DNA of 64,000 nucleotides from Elsinoe ampelina (Eukaryota): NCBI GenBank assembly GCA_010093995.1, contig ML992506.1, positions 1 to 64,000 of the forward strand, read 5' to 3'. Shown piece by piece: positions 58,896 to 64,000 of this stretch (position 1 is its first letter; each line of letters starts with the position of its first letter). The notes under the pieces were generated by a model. It saw only the letters and a program-made list of their open reading frames with translations, ran no database searches and was not told where the DNA came from. The position numbers and the translations under genes were made by a program.

Positions 58896-59221
58896 ATGAG
58901 GACACTCTCCACTCAGTAAAAGCAAGGAACACTATTACACATACTCTGTCACAATGAACTCCTGGCCCATCACATATAACACCTCAGAAAAGATCACCGT
59001 CACCAGTAACATCATGAGCTTCTCCTCTAGTTCCAGTCTCCAGTAGACTGGTCAGGTATCGAAGCGCGCTTGTTTTTAGCAGGCGCATCACTCTTGTCAC
59101 TGGATATACAAGGATCTGAGACCAATACACGAGATTGGAGACGATATACGACCGACCCGACAGTTCCCTGACGAGTCATCACACGAATCATATGCAGGTG
59201 CATTTGCACAAAACTCTCTAA
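58896..59221 (+). promoter_or_regulatory. Cluster of uORFs in presumed cyclin 5' leader (58896-58919, 58954-59046, 59192-59221)
   Basis: ATG-initiated short ORFs MRTLSTQ*, MNSWPITY...SLQ* (30 aa) and MQVHLHKTL*, following ~670 nt with no ATG on the + strand. The TSS is unknown. Confidence 0.55.
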
Positions 59222-59391
59222 TCGACTGCCAGTACATCGAACGGTTAATTCTAAACGGACAGCTCTGGTCTTCACCGACCAACCCCTTCACCACACACAC
59301 GACGCCTGATTCATTTCATCGCGTCAACGAAATTAAAAACGAAAGCAAAGGATCTCGAGACCTGCTTTCGAAGCACCGCCAGCTCCATAAC

Positions 59392-61440
59392 ATGGACATT
59401 TGTGTCTTTGACCCGAGCCATGGTGGTTATGTCTCAGTAGAGACTCAAACACATAATCACATCGCCATTTCCCGCTCACCCTCTCCCGCCCCCTCCAACG
59501 ACGATGTCTTCTCCATCACTTCCGAAAACTCCTCTCAATCATCAAACGGCGACTCCGACGAAGAGTCTTACCAGGCCTTTGAGCGCAAGGTAACACGCGC
59601 AGAGCAGACTGAGCCAACCTGCGGGTTCACAAAGCCATGTGCTCCGGCACCAGCGGTTGCTGCTGTTCAACATCAGCATCCCAGGCGATCCTTCTCCGCG
59701 GCGAAGAGACCACCTCCACTCCCCCGTCAGGAGGAGCGGAAGCTTCTCTTCGTCAACGACTTGGTCGGTAAGCAACAATGACAACCACTCGACCGTCGAG
59801 CTTTTTCTGACGATTTAGATTCCGCTACCAACATGGTTTCAGTCATCTGGCCACTGTCTGGCTCGCCAGCTGCGAGGGATGCCAACAATCGCGGAGTGCT
59901 TCCGCTTCGGAGGTACATTGAAGAAACCCTTCGCCGGTCGCGCACCAGCTACTCCACGCTTCAAGTCGCTCTCTACTATTTGATTCTTATCAAGGCTCAT
60001 GTTCCTGGCCGCGACTTTACCATGGAGCAGTCTTCCGACTGTGGTGCTATGCGCGCCATGCAGTGTGGTCGCCGCATGTTCCTCGCCGCTCTCATCCTTG
60101 CGTCAAAGTATCTTCAAGACCGCAACTACTCTGCAAAGGCTTGGAGCAAGATGTCTGGACTCAAGACTACCGAGATCAACAGCAACGAGCGTCTCTTTTT
60201 GAGCGCCGTGAACTGGTCTCTGCATATCCCAGAGAACATCTTCAAGCGATGGACCGACATTGTTCTACGATTCACTGCGCCACCTTCTCCCCCTTCTCCA
60301 GGGGCATGCTTTGACAGCAAGGGTCTCTGGGCCCAAGTCATCCCTCTTCTTACCCCTGAACTCGACGACCCTAGAGTGCTTGGTCTCGACACTCGTCCGC
60401 CCATGCCCTCCCCAGCCGTCACGCCCTCTCCTGGACCCATCCTGGCAACCTTCCCCAGCATTGCCATCTCCAAGACATCGCCCGCCACCATCACTCCTCA
60501 CTTTCTCGAGCCAAGGTCTGAAGTCCCTCCCCCTACCCCCGGACTCGCCCGCCTTGGTCCCCTCCCAACTCCTCAGATGACCCCGTCATCTGTTGCAGCA
60601 AGCACTCCTGCAGTGAGCACTTGCAGCTCAAGAAGGCCTAGCATAAGTGTGGCCATGGCAAATGCCAACTTGAATATGCTCTGCCGTATCACCTCAGATA
60701 GGTTGAACGGCAACTCTATCCAGCGTTCCAATTCTACGAGATACCCATCTGTCGCGCCTTCGAATGGCTCTTGCTCTTCTCCAGAGTCCTTGGTCTCCGA
60801 TGTCACTCGCTCTTCGCGCAGCTCATCCATCAGTTCCGTCTCTCTTGCGACCAGCGCGCCTCGCGCCCAGCGCGGTCAGGCGACTAGTCGTTTCGGGTCC
60901 GGCGCTGTCATCAACCTCGACACGACCACCAGCAAGCCTTCCACCTATGGAACCGCTGAACGACCAATCCCCATCCTTGACGATACCGACTTCACCTCTT
61001 CTCCGGACGTCACTCATCTCACTTTCCGATCCGACGGCACCATCGCTCCCACCAACCCCATCACCCCGTTGAAAAGTCGCGAGTCTCGCAAGCGCTGCCG
61101 ATCTCGTCCGACTTCAGCCGCCGTCGATGAGGAACTCCAACAAGAAGTCCGCGCCCTCCTCGCCTCCAACTCCGACGCCATGGACGTCGACAGTGGTCCA
61201 AAGCCCGCGAAGCAGAGCGTGCACCCTTGTGCCCTCCGCCGCGCCTTCTCCAATCTGCGCAACTCCTGCCCCTTTAGCGCTGCAAAGGCAGTTCAACCGC
61301 CCGCCGCCCTTAGGAGGGGAAGCAGCGCCCGCGTTCCGGTCGCCAACAGCGAGGGTAACAAGCGCGTGTGCTCCACCACCGCCGCCGTGCCTGAAATGTA
61401 CGTGGAAGTCAACGTCGGCGTGTGGCAGGGCGTGTCCTAA
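59392..61440 (+). CDS. Pho85-type cyclin (Clg1/Pcl5-like); intron 59768-59818
   Basis: LPLRRYIEETLRRSRTSYSTLQVALYYL and CGRRMFLAALILASKYLQDRNYSAKAWSKMSGL cyclin box; long S/P-rich C-terminus. Confidence 0.92.
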
Positions 61441-62022
61441 GCTCTTCTTGTACATGGCTGTACAGTAGCGTCTCGATTACATAGCCGGCGGGTCTCTGTC
61501 TTGCATTGCGTGGCTATATCATTGCTTTGCATGGCGTGGATCTAAAAGGGGCTATATTCTTGTTGATGCTAGGGCTTGAATGGATGGATGGATGGATCGC
61601 TTGTGGAGGAATTAAAGGAGAGGTTGACATGATTGTAGGAATATGTCACGTAGTTAGGACTAATGTACTTTCTGTATGTCTACTGCTCGTGCTGTTTGTC
61701 CGCGGTAATTGTGTATGTTGTACATCTGATCTTCGTGTTGTTACTCTCACAATAATAGCCGGTAGCGTCTCCTTGCCATCCCCAATGCCATCTATGCCTA
61801 GAGCCTCCTTAGGAGTGAAGATCTTCCTTTTATCCTCCAACACACTCCCCGCAAGCCCGCGTGTCCCCTCAACCAGGCCTTGTCTTCCATGTCCGCATTG
61901 TTCCTCCATCCCCTCTTCCTGCTCTGCTGTTCTTCTGTCTCCATGACCCGGACATCCTGCACCACTTCCACCAGTCTTCGCTCATCTCAATGTAAAGCAC
62001 CCGTATCCCATCCCCAGTCTCT

Positions 62023-62460
62023 TCACTCCCCCTTCACAACCTCCTTCGCCTTCTCCCTCCTCCTCTCCTCCTCCCTCCCCCTCCTCCCCAACGCATACGC
62101 CGTCCCACCCGCCACCGCCTCCCCCGCGGCCCCCACCATCGCCACACCCCTCACCGCTCCTCTCGCCGTGAACTTGCCCCTCAGCCCCTGCAATGGCCTC
62201 CTCCGCGCTGCCAGAATGAGGTAGGCAGCTGACCATGCCGCGGATATGCCAGCCGAGTCGATCGCGAAGCCCGAGAGGTTGAGGTAGGAGCTGAAGAGGA
62301 AGACGGGGGGGAAGAGCATCGGGAGGGTTTGGAAGGGGCGGAAGTGCAGGGCTGTTGTGAGGGTCGCGAGGAGGAGGGGAGGGACGGAGGATTCTCCGGT
62401 CCGTTTAAGGAGGGCCAGGGGGGAGGAGGTGGTGGTGGGTTGGGTTGAAGGGGTGGACAT
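62023..62460 (-). CDS. Aim19-like small membrane protein
   Basis: FSSYLNLSGFAIDSAGISAAWSAAYL motif and hydrophobic segments; start MSTPS at 62460. Confidence 0.7.
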   Translation of the reverse strand: MSTPSTQPTTTSSPLALLKRTGESSVPPLLLATLTTALHFRPFQTLPMLFPPVFLFSSYLNLSGFAIDSAGISAAWSAAYLILAARRRPLQGLRGKFTARGAVRGVAMVGAAGEAVAGGTAYALGRRGREEERRREKAKEVVKGE

Positions 62461-62773
62461 TGTTGTGGTTGGCTGATTGGTATCTTGAGGCTGGGTGGTT
62501 GTGGTCGTCGTGATGGAAGTGGAAGCTCGAAAAATGCAGACGACCTCTGACGACTGCCAAGGCTCAAATTGCATGCAGCTCTTCAACATGGACAATTGCA
62601 TGGGTGATATTTACATCTCACTTGTGGGCTTGGAATGGGAGGTCTATTCAAGGCTTGATTCTTGGAGTCTATGGGCAGATCTATTTGGCATGTGACGAAA
62701 GACAAGATCCGCCATTGCGAGCCAATCGATGCCAGGCCGGCGTCCTCATCTTCATGAGGGTAGCTTACCACCA

Positions 62774-63538
62774 TCAACAAGAGAGGAGCTCATCTGGGGG
62801 TCTCTGGTAGTATGCATACCATGCCTCGTTCGATCCGTACAAGCTCTCATAGCAGTTTGGTCCTGTCAAATTGAGCGCGATCTTCATCCACCCGACATCG
62901 AAGTCCGAGCAGCCGTCGATAGCCTCATACGCGGCTTCATCATCGTCATGTGTTTCGTGGATAACAAGTGGCTCAGCATCCGCCTTGACGAGTTTAATAT
63001 GGCTCAATCCGTATGCTGTCGTCAGATCGGGATTGTCGGTTGTGTGCTTCACGACCTTGAGAAAGTACATATAGCGTGGCGCTTCTACGAAGCCATGTGC
63101 GCGTGGTTGTTCTCGTTTATATGTTGCCTTGGTTCGCTCGCGGAAGTACGATCGCAGGCTGTCGAGTGAGGCATTCTCAAATTGTGCTTGATCTTCGATG
63201 AAGGTCCAGCGCAGGCTCTTCTTTAAGGCTGGTACGTCAGACCTGGCCAGAGCGCGCTCCGAGTTGTCCTGAAGATAGCATTTTAGATGCTGCCATTCGT
63301 GGTCATCCTGATAGCACGTGCGGTACACAATCCAGCCCCAACAATCATGCTTATCCTTGCGCAGAGTCTCTGCCAGAACAGATGCCTGGCTTTGCTGCAG
63401 CGACTGTTGACATGCTTGTGCTGTGGAATATCCGACAGATCGGCAAGGACTACAGGAGAGATATCGAACTCGTGTTCGACGTGAGACCGGAGCCCAGGAT
63501 AGTGGCGTTCGCATCCACATGCCGTGAGAGCATGTCAC
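62774..63538 (-). CDS. Fungal hypothetical protein (5' end uncertain)
   Basis: WGWIVYRTCY..D..W, LRWTFIED, PRYMYF, VGWMKI and WYAYYQRPP pattern, typical of a widespread ascomycete hypothetical family. Confidence 0.7.
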   Translation of the reverse strand: MTCSHGMWMRTPLSWAPVSRRTRVRYLSCSPCRSVGYSTAQACQQSLQQSQASVLAETLRKDKHDCWGWIVYRTCYQDDHEWQHLKCYLQDNSERALARSDVPALKKSLRWTFIEDQAQFENASLDSLRSYFRERTKATYKREQPRAHGFVEAPRYMYFLKVVKHTTDNPDLTTAYGLSHIKLVKADAEPLVIHETHDDDEAAYEAIDGCSDFDVGWMKIALNLTGPNCYESLYGSNEAWYAYYQRPPDELLSC

Positions 63539-64000
63539 CTTTCAGGTCTTGGGTCATGTTGCATCAATCCTACCGATCTAGACTGGCTGAAGCGAGCCAG
63601 GCCATGTTTCGTAGCGAGTAGGGCTTGCGAGCTGCTTGGAAAGCTCAAGTGCCTCAAAGACTAACCCGGCTGAGGGTACGCTGCGATGTGGCAGATCGTA
63701 GATGTTTGTTTAGCAAGAGAATGAGTGAAGAGAGAAGACGGGCAGTGCAGCGATATCGAATCCACAACGTTAATTAATGCCAAGGCCGCATGTGAATTGC
63801 ACCGCAGTTCCCTGGCAGCCTCGATATCATTCAGACACCTGGCCATACTGAAAAAAAGAACGACCGTGGACCATACTGGGATTTAGTGTCTAATAGCGTC
63901 GCCATCAGTCTCCGCCTACAGCGCTCCTTCAGCCGGATCCAAAGGCGCGATCGCGCTCCCTTCCTCATAATCTCGAGCCACTTCTCAACATCTCCCCGCT

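Noticed and set aside
59043..59082. Small intron that would fuse the 30-aa uORF to the cyclin frame
   Set aside because: Candidate GT..AG lengths (37 or 40 nt) shift the frame and there is no branch site.
1..64000. Secondary-metabolite cluster, Starship captain, tRNA/rRNA genes
   Set aside because: No PKS/NRPS/terpene synthase, tyrosine recombinase or tRNA/rRNA signature recognised by eye. tRNAscan-SE and antiSMASH would be needed to exclude them formally.

Overview
This is eukaryotic DNA from a filamentous ascomycete (Pezizomycotina): short GT-AG introns with CTRAC branch sites, ~52% GC gene space and a RIP-mutated repeat block. Bases 1-~2200 are an AT/TpA-rich RIP-degraded repeat relic. 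The rest is gene-dense, with about 29 intact protein-coding genes and one 5'-truncated GH3 beta-xylosidase remnant. In order the genes are: FAD monooxygenase with a divergent Zn2Cys6 factor, AA9 LPMO, alpha/beta hydrolase, crzA/CRZ1, pyroglutamyl peptidase I, GPI cell-wall protein, ALG11, NADH-cytochrome b5 reductase, GH35 beta-galactosidase, PTH11-like protein, amino-acid permease, SRPK-like kinase, lignostilbene/carotenoid dioxygenase, second amino-acid permease, YeeE/YedE protein, SDR, AKR, pathogen-related protein, minimal PIP-kinase, MLH3, YFH7-like kinase, UNC-93-like MFS, Clg1/Pcl5-type cyclin, Aim19-like protein, plus several hypotheticals. I found no tRNA, rRNA or CRISPR. The best novelty candidates are: (i) an orphan secreted, Kex2-site, acidic Val-rich protein whose internal 22-aa repeat is conserved in protein but synonymously diverged (candidate functional amyloid/effector); (ii) the cyclin 5' leader, with uORFs and a 104-codon AUG-less in-frame extension; (iii) a 230-nt intron that folds into a closed multi-helix structure; (iv) RIP leakage into an intact gene. 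All family calls come from motif recognition by eye, not database searches, and exon boundaries were derived manually.
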